Source of the DNA: Eledone cirrhosa
Taxonomy: Eukaryota
Direction of reading: 5' to 3'
Length of the DNA stretch: 64,000 nucleotides
Assembly (NCBI GenBank): GCA_964016885.1
Contig: OZ024743.1
Location: forward strand, 200,384,001-200,448,000
Shown here: piece by piece, positions 28,401-41,992 of the stretch
How positions within the stretch are numbered: position 1 is the first letter of the stretch
Layout: each line of letters opens with the position of its first letter
The notes under the pieces: model-generated
Told to the model about the DNA's origin: nothing
The model's input: the letters and a program-made list of their open reading frames with translations, nothing else
The model's database searches: none
Position numbers and translations under genes: made by a program

Positions 28401-30522
28401 ACACAGAGTTTAAGATTTAGGCCAGGGTGTTAGCGAAGAGGTTAGCGCTTGTCGTCGGGGATTTGGTTTGGGAGGCGCAAACTTGCGCAATCCCAACCAG
28501 GTCCATACACGACAACCTCCACCTAATGCGATACATCATAGAGAGGGTAGGGTGTAAACCTGGCTTCGGTGGGGCTCTGATCAATTTAGATCAATTAAAA
28601 GCATTCGATAGGGTCGACCATCGGTACCTGGAGGCTGTCTTCAAGGCGGCTGGCTTCGGCCCCGTCTTCAGAAGCTGGATCGCTGCAATGCACAGCGGCA
28701 CCTGCTCGATGGTCAAAATTAATGGCCACCTCTCGCAACCGTTTCAGGTCTGCCGATCGGTTCGTCAAGGGTGTCCCCTCTCCTCCCTTCTGTACGTATT
28801 GACTCTCGAGCGTTTACTGCGGAAGCTGGAGCTGTTGCAGGGCATCCCGCTCGAACCGGGACGCGGAAAAGCTGTGTCGGCTTATGCGGACGACATCAAG
28901 GACTTCACCGTGATGGTGTCGGACACCTCAGAAATTGAGGTGGTCGGCAACTTATTGGAAGAATATGAAAGGTTGACGGGAGCAAAACTTAACCCGGAAA
29001 AGTCGGTGGGCTTGCAACTCGGCACCTGGAGAGGCAAGTCCATGCCGTCCAACAGCGTCGTTAAGCGCTGGACGGACGGACCGGTAAAGTTGCTAGGGGT
29101 TTGGTTCGAGCCAGACCTCCAGGTGGATAAGAATTGGGACGAGGTGACGGGCAGGGTAGCCAGTCTCACCCAGAAATGGGCTGGCATGAAGCTATCACTG
29201 AAAGGTCGGGCGAAGGTGGCGAACGCGTACATCGCGTCCGTCATCTACTACCGTCTGACCGTCGTCCCTTATCCCCCGTTCGCGCCTCGCCATCTTGGAG
29301 CGGCTCCTCTTCAAATTCTTGTGGAGGGGTCAGGTTCCGCTGGTGAGGCGGTCCATCTGCTGCCAGCACCCTCTACGCGGAAGGCTGGGCATGCCGTGGC
29401 TAATGATGCGCAGGCACGCGCTGAGGCTCCAGCATCTCCAGATATTCTGCCTAAACGGTGGACAGGTGTGGTCGCCGTTTGTCAGACGGGCCTTTCCGCA
29501 GCTCGTTTCTTTGACTGAGCTGCAGTCCAGGGTCAAGAAGAGACCGAGACTGGGTGACTGGCATCTGGAATGTTGCTTGGCACTCACTGCCCTCTACCAC
29601 GCGGGCAATGCGGTCAGTGGAACTTCCACTCTCGAGTTCTTTCGAGGGTTAGTGGTGGGCAAGTGCGACGACGCACTCGGAGAAGCTCTGGGAGTCAACT
29701 AAGTCGAACTAACCAGTATGTACTGGAGGACTTTCGAGCCGGGGACGATGGATAATTTCCAAAAATCCCTCGCTTGGCAGTGCTACTGGGGGGCACTTCC
29801 GGTTCGAGATAAACTCCTCAGGCATTGACGGACCTGCCCTAGATGCGCGCAGAGCGACGAAACCGTTCTGTACGCACTCGTCCAGTGTCCGTGCATTACT
29901 GACTTGTGCAGTTATGTTGAACAGCTGTTGTCGCGTGTAGAACGAATCCGGCTATCGGCCGAGTCCATAGTGAAGATCGACCCGCCGCCTTCTTTTGGCC
30001 AGGAAGGGCAGGAAATTTTCCTCTGTCTGGTGGCAGTAGCGAAAGAGGTTGTATGGTGGACGAGGTTGAAAGGACTGAAAACAGACACTTTTCTCTTCGG
30101 CCAATGCTACATCAACTTTTTCAAGTTTCACTTGGAAAGGAAGGTGAGGGTGGAGAGAGAAGTGCTGCCCCCCAGTACATTTTCTGAAAGGTGGGTGAAT
30201 GTGGCGAGAATGGCCCGTGTGAGTGGGCCTACTCTGGTCATGCGTCTGTAGATAGGTAAATTTGAGGAGGAGAGGGGGTGCCCTTCCAGGGTGCTCTCGA
30301 AGCGTCGGGGCGTTCAGGATTGATGGGGTACCTGAGAGAACCCTGGATGGCCATCCCCCCTATTGGGGAATTTTTTCTTGTTGTAATTTTCTTGTTACAT
30401 TGTTATTGTGATTCATATTGTTTACTCGATTTTTCTGTAAAATCCCACTGTCCCAGTCTTTTGTATTGTCCCCTATATGTCGGCCCTTGTGGCCAATAAA
30501 TGAAATCATTATTATTATTATT
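25442..30522 (+). mobile_element. Tx1-like LINE, 5'-complete, decayed
   Basis: ORF1 remnant with a zinc knuckle (CFVCGEKTHLRAFC-like) and a Thr/Pro-rich tail. ORF2 from 26902 (MTILRVGCLNVRGL): APE, RT (VRQGCPLS, SAYADD), zf-RVT, ending 30251. 3' cccttgtggccaataaatgaaat(CATT/ATT)n. Confidence 0.93.
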
Positions 30523-30524
30523 AT

Positions 30525-32115
30525 TGAAGGACTATGAAAGGTTGACAGGAGCCAAACTTAACCCGGAGAAGTCGGTGGGCTTGCAGCTCGAAACCTGGAG
30601 AGGCAGGCCCATGCCGTCCAACAGCGGCGTGGGGCGCTGGACGGACGGACCGGTAGAGTTGCTCGGGGTTTGCTTCGGACCAGACCTCCAGGTTGAAAAG
30701 AATTGGGACGAGGTAACGAGCAGGGTAGCCAGTCACACCCCAAAATGGGCTGGGAGGAAGCTATCACTGAAAGGTCGCGCGGAGATGGCGAATGCGTACA
30801 TCGCGTCCGTCATCTACTGACCGTCGTGCCTTGCCCCCGACCGCGCCTCGTCAATTTGGAACGGTTCCTTTTCAAATTCTTGTGGAGAGGACAAGTTCCG
30901 TTGGTGAGGTGGTTCATCTGCTGCCAGCACCCTCTACGCGGAGGGCTGGGCATGCCGTGGTTAATGATGCGCAGACATGCGTTGAGGCTGCGACATCTCC
31001 AGATATTCTGCCACAACGGTGAACAGGTGTGGTCGCCGTTTATCAGACGGGCCTTTCCGCAGCTCATTTCTTTGACTGAGCTGCAGTCCTGGGTCAAGAA
31101 GAGACCGAGACTGGGTGACTGGCACCTGGAATGTTGCCAGGCACTCACTGCTCCCTACCAAGCGGGCAACAAGATCAGTGGAACTTCCACTCTCGAGTTC
31201 TATAGAGGATTAATGGTGGGCAAGTGCGATGACGCACTCGGAGAAGCTTTGGGCCTCGACGAAGTCGAACTGACCAGACTGTATCGGGGGACTTTCGAGC
31301 CGGGGACGATGTACAATTTCCAGAAATCCCTCGCTTGGCAGTGCTACTGTGGAGCACTGCTGGTTCGGGATAAACTCTACAGGCACGGAAGTGCTGTCAG
31401 ACGGATGCCCAAGATGCGCACAGAACGACGAAACCGTTCTGCACGCACTTGTCCAATGTCCGTGCATTACTGACTTGTGGAGTTATGCCGAACAGCTACT
31501 GTCGCGTGTGGAACGAATCCGGCTATCGGTCGAGTCCATAGTGAAGATCGACCCGCCGCCTCCCTTAGGTCAGGAAGAGCAGGAAATGTTCCTTTGTCTG
31601 GTGGTAGTTGCGAAAGAGGTTATATGGTGGACCAGGTTAAAAGGACTGAAGACAGACACTTTTCTCTTCGGCCAATCCCTCATCAACTTCTTCAAGTTTC
31701 ACCTGGAAAGGAAGGTGAGGGTGGAGAGAGAAGTGCTGTCCCCCAGTACATTTGCTAAAAGGTGGGTGAATGTGGCGAGAATGACTCGTGTGAATGGGCC
31801 TACTCTGACCATGCGCCTATAGGCTAGCTAACTTGAGGAGAGGGGTGCTCTTCCTGGGTGCCCTAGAAGCGCAGGGTGATTCAGGATTGGTGGGGTACCC
31901 GAGTCACCCCAGGGTCGTCTAACCCCTATCGGTTAATTTATTTTGTTATATTTATACATAGTTTATTTTATATTCTTATATCTTCATTGTTAAATTAGTC
32001 TTGCCATTGTGCACTTTTACTCGACATTATTGTAAATCCCCACTGACCCTGTCTTTGTATTGTCCCCTACATGTCGGCCCTTGTGGCTAATAAATGAAAT
32101 CATTATTATTATAAT
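30525..32115 (+). mobile_element. 5'-truncated Tx1-like LINE
   Basis: Begins right after the previous tail at YERLTGAKLNPEKS; CPRCAQNDETVLHALVQC; (ATT)n tail. Confidence 0.92.
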
Positions 32116-32119
32116 TATT

Positions 32120-32413
32120 TCCAGCATAGTTACGTTCCTTTACGATATGAGTTCAAATCCCGCCGAGGTTAACTTTGCCTTTCATCCTTACGGGGTCGAT
32201 AAAATAAAGTACCAGTAATGTACTGCATAATTGCTGGCCTTGTACCTAAAATAGAAACAATTATTATTATTATTATTATGAGTTCAAATACCGCCGAGGT
32301 TAACTTTGCCTTTCATCCTTACGGTGTCGATAAAATAAAGTACCAGTAATGTACTGGATATTTGCTGGCCTTGTGCCTAAAGTAGAAACAATTATTATTA
32401 TTATTATTATTAT
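32120..32413 (+). mobile_element. Two 5'-truncated family-1 SINEs in tandem
   Basis: B box GAGTTCAAAT(C/A)CC, body and (ATT)n tail, present twice. Confidence 0.88.
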
Positions 32414-32848
32414 TCAAATTTCACTTGAAGAGGAAAATCAGGGCGGAGAGGCAAGTGTTGCCTTCTAGCAAGTTTGTTGAAAGGTGGGTGAATGTACTCT
32501 GAATATACGTCTGTAGTTTGAGAGATGGAAAAATAGAGAGAGTGCGCTTTCCCTGGTGGTCAGGGTGGCCGTGGTCTTTTGTGTGGTTTTCGTCACGAGT
32601 AACCCTCGGAGGTTTCCCCCCTTATTGGGAAATTTTTCATTGTTTCAATTTTCATTTTTATTGTTTATATATATATATGTTTCTATGTCCTTTTTTTTCT
32701 TTTCTTATATAAATAATAAAAATATTTACACGCACAAAACCCACATCGTACCGTCCTGTACCGTCCTGTGCCGTCTGTAATGCTTTTCTTGATGGCAGCC
32801 CTTGTGGCCAATAAAGAAATCATTATTATTATTAGTAGTAGTATTATT
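32413..32848 (+). mobile_element. Short Tx1-like 3' fragment (another subfamily)
   Basis: FKFHLKRKIRAERQVLPSSKFVERWVNV, a 3'UTR, then cccttgtggccaataaagaaatcattatt. Confidence 0.85.
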
Positions 32849-33305
32849 GGCGACCTACGTAGTAAATCGTATCATCGTGAGCTCCGCAAATGTTTGTTAT
32901 TTTCAGTTGTTTAAAACTGCCATTTATGGAAAATTTTTATTGCTAACTGTATATAAGTGCACATACATTGTTATCTGAAAAGGACACTCAAAAAGATTGG
33001 GTCCTTGAGCCCAAAATTTAAAATTTTATAATTATCAAACAAAAATTTTTCTTTGAAAAAATCATGGACGACTCAGAGTCACTCCTTCCTCACAAACTAA
33101 CACCTCACACCGACACCACCATTGTAAATATTGCTACGTTTGCCAACACTAAAAATATAAGCAGTAGCAATATTTTAAATTTGTTTCAGGCACACATTCA
33201 TTTTCCGCCATTACCAATGACTGCAGGTGTTAAAGCCGCCACCCCCACCACAACCACAACGACAACAGAAACAAAAGAAAAAATAAATTAACTCGTGATA
33301 TCGAA

Positions 33306-34999
33306 ATGAATTCACCCAAAATGAACTCTTCCACACCGAACACCACTGACGCCACCACCACCACAACTGAAACTAAAACTAACAATAACAAAAATAACGA
33401 TAACAACAACAGCAACGATGAAATTAAGAAAACCACCCTGTCTTTTGCCAGAGTAGCAAAAAAGTGCGAAGCATTCCAGGTAACTCAGGAGGAATTAGAA
33501 GAAGCCAAAATAATGGTAAAGAAAGATGGGTACAGGGTCAGCCTCACCCCCACCCCAAACACACACACACTCACACACCTAATAAAATGGAGCATCGGCG
33601 CCTATGCACCGTGTCTTATCGGACGATTAACATAAAATTGCGCCGAGTGGAACGGGCATCCGAGTCCCAAATCCAAAAAGCTTTCGGAGATGTGTGGGCA
33701 AAAAAAACCCACAACATACGTGGGCAGAAATATGGAACCGTGGACGTGTTCTTTGAAACACCACAGGAGGCCAGAGAACACTCCATGGCTCAATTAAGAA
33801 GTGACGACTTCACACTCATCCCAAGCTATTGTGGCCAGAGACTCGTGAAGATCAGGGTGACCCACATTCCACCGGCCATCGAAATTCCCTGGCTAATGGC
33901 TGCCGTCCTCGCCGGCATCAAGGCCAAGACAAAGATAATCGAAATAGCGAAAGAAAAGCAGGAGAAATGGTCCGGATCTGGGATGGAGCTCCTGATCCAA
34001 GCGGACCAAAAAAGCATTGAGGAGATTCCAGAGGTAATAGACCTCACTGACGGCAGCCACCTCACCGTAATCGTCGAGGGCAGAAGGCCTAGGTGTGTCG
34101 TTTGTGGTGAAGGAACCCACCTAAGGGCTTTCTGCCCTCAGGCTAAAAGGTTAAGGCCACCTCTCTTACCCACCCCAGTGACTCAACCATCAACATCACC
34201 AGCAGCAGAAATGGCAGCAACAACAGAAGCAACTGTAACAGCAACAACCCCAGCAACAGTAGCAAAACCAACACCACGACCACCCAACGCGCCAGAACTA
34301 GCACCAGCGCCTACACCATCCACCACGCCACAACCAAAACCAACGCCTGTGGAGGATTTTCCACTCCCCGACCTATCGCAACTGGAGACAGATTGTGACG
34401 ACGAGGAGTGGGAAACGGTATCAGGAAAAAAGAAAAAAAGAATAAGAAACCCCAAAAGAAAAAAACCTCTTCCTTCCCCCTCCAAAAACAAAATACAGAG
34501 GGAAACAAATAAACTATCAAACAAAAAAGTTAGGACAGATATGCCACCATCCACACTAGCATCACCACCCCGATCACCACAAACACCAACACCATCACCA
34601 TCATTAACCCCCAACACGACCATCACCAACACCACAAAAGTCACCAAAAAGCGAAACAGAAACAAACCCACAACAAACGCAAACAAAACAAAACAACCAA
34701 AACGATACACACTACACAGCATTAAATTTGAACAACCAATTATTACACTACATCCAACACAACACCAGCATCACAGAAAAAGACTACACAACAACCCAAA
34801 AGTTCACACCATCTCCACACATACAAATCACTTGCATCACACAGAAAACGTACACGACACTAAAACAAAAATTCCCCAAAACATCGGAGACTTCGGACAA
34901 GCACTCTCCAGGAGGATTTATAAGGACATCCTTCCTGAGGAGGCCACAAGCAGTGAAAAGGATGGACAAACCATCCTTCCTCTACGAGAAGTAAGGTAA
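33306..34999 (+). pseudogene. Tx1 ORF1 (gag-like): RRM-like region, CCHC knuckle, Pro/Thr-rich region, basic NLS-like stretch
   Basis: 511-aa frame with YGTVDVFF, CVVCGEGTHLRAFC and WETVSGKKKKR. The probable start near 33306 is in another frame (frameshift). Confidence 0.85.
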
Positions 35000-35033
35000 G
35001 TGGTCTTTCCCATCTTTTCCACGCCATTTCAAC

Positions 35034-38000
35034 ATGACCTCACTCAGAATAGGCAGCATAAATGCGCGTGGCTTGGGGTCGTCATGGAAGCAGGGCCACC
35101 TGCTCAATGACCTCAGGTCACTAAACATAGATGTAGTGGCCATCAGCGAGGCCAGAATTTCCGAAGCACGGGCCTTCGCACCAATCTTCGTCGGCTACGA
35201 TGTGTACGCATCTCCCAGCCGCCCGGGATCGGGGGGAGGAGTTGCTGTGCTTTTTCAGAGAGGTTTGGATCTCGCATTACGGGCCATCTTCCTGGACCCA
35301 GAGGTTAAGTTGGTGGTGCTGGACGTGACCAGCGGAGACGGGTAAGCTTTCAGGCTAGTGGCCGTCTATGCCCCGACAGGAGCAGGGCGGCCTGCTTTCT
35401 TCCGGCGTCTGGACACCTTTCTTGGAACGTCCCGCGCTTTAGTGTTAGTGGGCGACTGGAACGGGATCTTAGATGCACGCTGGGACTGTGTGGCATTAGC
35501 GGATAGGGGAGGAGGGTGCAAGAGCCTCACCAACCTGCTCAGGCGTTTTGAACTGTCTGACAGGTACCGATTGGATTTCCCGAATGTGCCAATGTGGACT
35601 TGGACAAATCGCCTTAGGTCATCCAGATCATATCTAGATAGAGTATTTTGTAGGGAAATAGATAGGTCTAGCATAGGCTGTCCACAATTCAAGATAGTCA
35701 GCTACACGGACCACAAATTCGTGATCTGTGTGCTTGTCTTAGATAGGCTTCATAGACGAGGACCCGGCTACTGGAAGCTAAACGCGTCCTTACCAGCACG
35801 CAAGGCCTACAGAGACCGGATTAGCGGACTAGTTAAGCGGGCGTTAACGGGGGCCATTGTCAACGACAAGTGGTGGTTTGCTCTGAAAAGAGCGATTAGA
35901 ATAGAGTTCATTAGGTTTAGTAAGGCTTTAGCAATAGAGAAAAATAGAGCAGAGGGAGAACTAGTTAGAAAATTAGACGAGGGGCTTAGCAAAGGGATCG
36001 CGACCAACGTACTTGCGGCGAAATTGGTCCTTGACCAATTCTTCAATGCAAAGCACGAAGGCTGCGTTGTCAGAGCTAGGGTGCGTACTCTCATACACGA
36101 GGGAACGAAAGCCGTTCAATGGGCCCGAGGGCGGAGTCGCGTCGTGGCAACAAAGCCACGATCCGGTCTTTGGTGGACCACGACGGGCGCATGCTACTCG
36201 ATCCCGGGAAAATGTGTGAAGCTTTTCAGCGACACTTCGCACAGCAGTTCGGGGGCAGTGGCGGGCCGGATTGAGGGATGGACGGACTGCCGCGGTTCTC
36301 GGCCACTGAGGCGGAGTGTTGAGAGAAGCCGATAACAGCCGCTGAAGTACGGGAGGCAATGACTGGCTGCACAAGGGGTAAATCGCCTGGTTTGGATGAT
36401 CTGCCCTATGAACTTTACGTACAGATGCCAGACTTGTTCGGAGGCCTCTTGGCGGACGTCTACTGCAACTGGCCACAGAACGGGAGATTACCCAGCTCTG
36501 TGAGACGAGGAGCTGTGGCGCTGCTGAGAAAGGATCCGAACAAGGGGGATAACATAGATAATTTTAGGCCCATAACTCTGCTAAACACAGAGTTCAAGAT
36601 TTTGGCCAAGGTGCTAGCAAAGAGGTTGGCGCTTGTCGTTGGTGGTCTGGTGGGAGAGGCGCAGACATGCGCCATTCCCGACAGATCCATCCACGACAAC
36701 CTCCACATAATGCGGTACATCGTAGAGAGGGTAGCTAGGGAACCTGGCACGGGTGGGTCCTTGATCAATTTAGATCAGTCGAAAGCTTTCGATAGGGTCG
36801 ACCATCGTTACCTAGCGGCAGTCCTGAGTGAGGCTGGCTTTGGGCCCGTCTTCAGAGGCTGGATCGCTGCCATGCACAGCGACATCTGCTCTGTGGTGAG
36901 AGTGAACGGTCACCTTTCGGAACCGTTCAACATCATGCGCTCGGTCCGCCAAGGATGTCCTCTCGCGTCCCTCTTGTACGTATTGACTCTCGAGCCATTA
37001 CTGCACAAACTGGAGGCGTTGAGGGGGGTCCCGCGCGAACTAGGATGCGGAAGTTCCGTGTCAGCATATGCGGACGATGTCACCGTAGTGGTGTCGAACG
37101 CCAGACACATCGAGGCGATCGGCACTACACTAAGAGAATACAAGGCGGTGACAGGAGCAATGATCAACCAGGATAGGTCAGTGGACCTGCAGCTCGGCAC
37201 CTGGAGAGGGAGGTCCATGCCGTCCAACAGCGTCGTCGGGCGCTGGACGGACGGACCGTTTAAATTGCTAAGGGTCTGGTTCCATCCGGACCTCCAGACG
37301 GACAAAAACTGGGACGAGGTGACGAGCAGGGTGGCTTCTCTCACCCAGAAATGGGCGGAGAGGAAACTATCCTTGAAAGGTAGAGTGGAGGAGGCTAACG
37401 CGAAGATCGCGTCCGTCATCTACTACCGCCTGACCGTCGTAACTTGTCCTAAGCCCCGCCTGACTGCGCTGGAGCGTTTGCTCTTTCGCTTTTTATGGAA
37501 GGGACGCGCTCCGATGGTCAGACGGTCCATCTGCTGTCAACACCCGCTACGTGGAGGGCTGGGAATGCCGTGGCTGATGACGCGCAGACACGCGCTCAGG
37601 CTACGACATCTCCACCTCGTCCTCGATGGTGCTCAGGTGTGGTCGCTGTTTGCTAGACGCGTCTTTCTCCAGCTCGTCTCCTTGACGGAGCTGCAGTCCT
37701 GGGTCAAGCGAAGACCGAGAGGAGCGCTTGGAGACTGGAATGTCTTCAGGCGCTCCCAGCCCTCGACCAATCGGGCAATGTGATCGGTAGAAACTCCACT
37801 TCGGCATTCTATAGAGGATTAGTGAAGGGGAAGAGCGACGACGTACTTGGGGAAACTCTAGGCGTCGACGAAAATCAACTAGCCAATCTCTTCGGAAGAA
37901 CTTTCGGGCCGGGCCTATGGACAACTTCCAGAAATCCCTGGCCTGGCAGTGCTACCGAGGAGCTTTGCCAGTTCGGGATAAACTCTACAGGCATGGAGGT

Positions 38001-38432
38001 GCCGTCAATCGAGCATGTCCGAGATACGCGCAAGGCGACGAAAACGTCCTGCACGCACTTGTCCAGTGTCCGAGCATTACTGACTTGTGGGTTTATGTCG
38101 AACACTTGCTGTTACGTGTAGGACGGATCCAGCTATCAGCTGAGTCCATCGTGAGGATAGCCCCGCCCTCCTCCTTTAGCCGGGAAGGGCAGGCAGTTTT
38201 TATCTGTCTGGTGGCCATGGCGAAAGTGATAGTATGGTGGACACGTTTGAAAGGGCTGAAGACGAGCACTTACCTATTCGGTGATGCCCTGATTATCTTT
38301 TTCAAATTTCATTTGAAAAGGAAAATCAGGGTAGAGAGGGAAGTGCTCTCTTCCCAGCATTTTGTTGAAAGATGGGTGAGAGAAGCAAGTATGGCCCGAG
38401 TAAATGGGCCTACTCTGAGTATGTGTCTGTAA
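35034..38432 (+). pseudogene. Tx1 ORF2: APE endonuclease, reverse transcriptase, zf-RVT
   Basis: MTSLRIGSINARGL, GDWNG, YTDH, NFRPITLLN, LDQSKAFDRV, VRQGCPL, SAYADD. In-frame stop at ~35343; frameshifts near 36130, 36280 and 37720-37920. Confidence 0.93.
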
Positions 38433-38699
38433 ATTAAAGGTGGAAAACTGGGAGAGGGCACTTGCCCTGGTGGTCAGGGTCACTGTGGCTTTTTAATGGG
38501 CTTTCTCCACGAATGTCCCTCGGAAGTCTCCCCCCTATTTGGGAATTTTTTCATTGTTCTATTATTACATCCTCTGTTTCTTGTTTTTTTTACACGCAGA
38601 AATGCCCTTTTGTACCGTCTTGTATTGTCCTGTACTGTCCTTAATGTCTACTTTGTGTAAACCCTTGTGGTTAATAAAGAAAGCATTATTATTATTATT

Positions 38700-38762
38700 A
38701 TAGTAATGCACTGGGTAATTGCTGGCCTTGTGCCAAAAAGTAGAAATAATAATTATTATTAT
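38700..38762 (+). mobile_element. Family-1 SINE 3' end
   Basis: agtaatgcactgggtaattgctggccttgtgccaaaaagtagaaat followed by (ATT)n. Confidence 0.8.
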
Positions 38763-38764
38763 TG

Positions 38765-40825
38765 TTCTTTGTGTCTCAGTCATTGATGTTGTTTAACTGG
38801 AAAGTTTGTTGAAATGAATATCAAGCTACTACCTGCAGCCTCAGATATTTAGGACGTATCGGAGGGTTCTTGCTGTTCCCAGCAAGCATGCCTTTTGAAG
38901 TGTTCCCAAAGGCGGGGCTGGACTAATATTCTTTAACCATCCTTGGAAACTCTTTGAGATAGTACCGAGTGCGCCTATGACAATCGGGACGACCTTGATT
39001 TCATGGCAGTTCCAAATCATTTTTACCTCCCACTTTAAGTCCTGGTATTGGTTAATTTTCTCCCTCTCCTTCTCTTGCACTCTCGTGTCGAATGGGCAGG
39101 CCACATCCCCAATCAGGCACGATCTTTTTTCCTTGTCCAAAATCTCCAGGTCAGCTCTATTGTGTTCCAGTTTCTTGTCCGTCTGTATCCTAAAATCCCA
39201 CAGCACCATCACCTGATCGTTTTCTATCATCGAATCTGGCTTATGCTCATACCACTTCTCAGAATGTGGTAAATTGTTTACTTTGCATAGGTGCCAGTGG
39301 ATCACCCTGCCCATTACATCATGTCTCCAGCCTTTATAGTGAGTCTGGGCTAGGTGTTTACACTCGGATACAATGTGAGCCACAATCTCGTCTCTCTCAC
39401 TCCACAGATCCTACACAGTGGGCTAGCCTCCTCCTTGTAAATATGGTGTTTCAACCACCTCGTTTTGAGGGCCTGCTCTTGCGCAGCCATTAGCATTACT
39501 TCTGTAGCCTTTTTAAGGTCTCCTCTTTTCAACCAGTTCCATGTCTGTGGATCTCTAAATTCAGTTTTCTCAAAGAAGGTACTATGAAGGGATTTTTCAT
39601 AAAGGTTGCTCTCCCTCCTTGTTATTTCCTCCTTGGACATCCCCTGGTCTATTATCCTCTCCTTCAGTACAATTATGAGCATTCGCTCCCTACTGTCAGT
39701 CACGTATTTGTGTAGGTTGTTTTCTCCATCTGAACACAGTCCTCTATGCTGATAAGACCTCTTCCACCTTCAGATCTCCTTAAGTAGAGTCTATCGACAT
39801 CACTCCTCTTGTGGAATATGTTGTAGATAGTCAATAGCTTCCTAGTCTTCCTATCCATTTATTTTTGTTCAGCAACATTCCATTTTAGAATTCCCACACT
39901 GTACCTAATAATAGACACAGCTCGGGAATTTACTGCACTTATGGCATTCCTACTGTTCAGATGTGATTTTAATACCCTCCTTACTCTCCGAATGTACTCA
40001 GATCTTATCAATTCCTTCATTTTTTTTGTTCTTGATGTCATCTGCCTTCAGTGTCAATGTCCTTTATCATCTCACCTGTTGATACCTGGATTCCGTTGCT
40101 TCTGCTCAATTTACCCCTCTTCATCACTAGGACTCCACACTTACTAATACCAAATTCCATACATATATCATTGCTGAAAATACAGACAGTGTCAACAAGC
40201 ATATCCAACTCCTTCTCACTCTTCCCGAAGAGCTTCAGATCGTCCATGAAGAGTAGGTGATTGATGGTAAGCTCTCCTTTTCCCAACTTGTATCCTACTC
40301 TGACTGTTCGCAGTATAATGGTCAGGGGTATCAGGGCAAGGACAAACAACAGAGGGGACAAACTATCTCCCTGGAAGATACCTCTCTTGATCTTCATGCC
40401 TCCCAAGGATTCTCCACCCGATGTTAACTCTGTTTTCCAGGACTTTATACTTTTGCTCAACAACTGTCTGATGTTATCTGCCACCTTGAAGATCTCTAGG
40501 CTTTTGGTGATCCAAGAATGAGGTACCATGTCGAATGCCTTTTTTTAGTCTATCCATCCCATGGCAAGACCAGTGTGTTTCCTCTTGCAATTCCTCATTA
40601 CCATCTTATCAATAAGTAACTAGTCCTTTGTAACACGGGACTTCTTTCGTCATCCTTTCTGTTCGTCCGGTAAAAAAGTTTTTATGTGGAGGTGATGGTA
40701 GATTTCCTCAGACAAAATGCTTGTTAACAGTTTCCACATTACGGACAGACATGTGATAGGTCTATAGTTGGTAACATCATTACCCTTGATTCGGTCTTTC
40801 ATTACCAGAACTGTGGTATCTTTTG
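38765..40825 (-). mobile_element. R4/Dong-like LINE (RT + CCHC + restriction-like endonuclease), 5'-truncated, decayed
   Basis: NYRPITC, AFDMVPHSWI, GIFQGDSLSPLLF, HLLFMDDLKLF, CRICG...HIVSEC, RHD, WDFRIQTD..HNRAD, DVACPFD...EK..KYQDL; (AAT)n tail. Confidence 0.9.
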
Positions 40826-40979
40826 TCTTCTAGTGGCTCCTTTATTTACTGTATGTGAGATAATATAACACAAAAACCTGAAGTAAAGTAGCAAAAGATG
40901 TTATGATATACGAAGTAGTAGAATGGAGCCAGTTTTAAAATATTAAGATATGACCGGTTTCTCTCTCCCTCCCTCTCTA

Positions 40980-41055
<76 letters not shown>

Positions 41056-41094
41056 TGGGCGGAGGGAGATAGATAGATAGATAGATATACATAT

Positions 41095-41282
41095 TAGAGA
41101 GGGTGAGGTAAGATACCAGGTGGACCAAAACCCACCAGAGTGCTCGATACTTGGGGTAGTAGAGTGGGTAATAAGATTCAGGACGCCGGCGGTTGAGCTC
41201 CGGCCGTTTCTACAGCTAAATCCGAGTTAGGATCTAGCTGTTGATACGGCTGAGCTCAGCCGCCGGCGTCCTGAATCTTTTC
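41095..41282. mobile_element. Tail-plus-hairpin element (hairpin 41173-41279)
   Basis: aagattcaggacgccggcgg...ccgccggcgtcctgaatctt; tail shared with 42696 and 46683. Confidence 0.75.
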
Positions 41283-41313
<31 letters not shown>

Positions 41314-41334
41314 TATAATAATTATATTATAAAA

Positions 41335-41908
41335 CTAGCAGTGGTACCCGGCGTTGCACGGGATAAGATATTTTGGAACGCAAGGCGCCAACAGACCTCA
41401 TCGTGGAAAAACTGCATGCCTGGACCAAATGTAAAGAAAATTATCCGAATACTCTGGTGGCTGGATAATCTTTAAAATTTTCCTCGATGAAGCATGAAAA
41501 ATTCAGGTTTTCACCTAATCAAGAAAATGAATTTTTTTATGTGCATAATATGCCTTGAAATTTCGGGAAAATCGGCTAGACGTGAAAAATCGGCTAGCCC
41601 TAAAAAGATGCAAAAAATGAAGTTTTTCAGCTAATGCGGTCCCTAGGCCATAAAAAAGTTGGATTTTCTTTGCTCATGGTATGAAGAAGAGACTGATTAA
41701 TACATAGTTACAATTTCAAGGAAATCAGTCTGACGTAACGCCCAAAAAGAAAAAAACCTAAAAAGCTGAATAAACGCAGTTTTTCACCTAATGCCGGCCC
41801 AAGGGGGTCTAAAGGTTATGTGCATAACACTCCCTGAAACATAAGTAATACACATGTAAAGCTTGAAAAAAATCGGTTGGGTACTTCTCGAGTTTCAGGG
41901 ATTCAAAA

Positions 41909-41992
<84 letters not shown>

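Larger units (their letters stand above)
32849..38700 (+). mobile_element. Full-length (~5.85 kb) Tx1-like LINE with few disablements
   Basis: 5'UTR, ORF1, ORF2 (APE-RT-zf), 3'UTR and (ATT)n tail are all present. Confidence 0.95.

Noticed and set aside
32120-32413. CRISPR-like repeat-spacer pattern
   Set aside because: Tandem truncated SINEs with triplet tails in eukaryotic DNA; no unique spacers or cas genes.
32849-38700. Active autonomous LINE
   Set aside because: In-frame stop near 35343 and several frameshifts, unless these are assembly errors.
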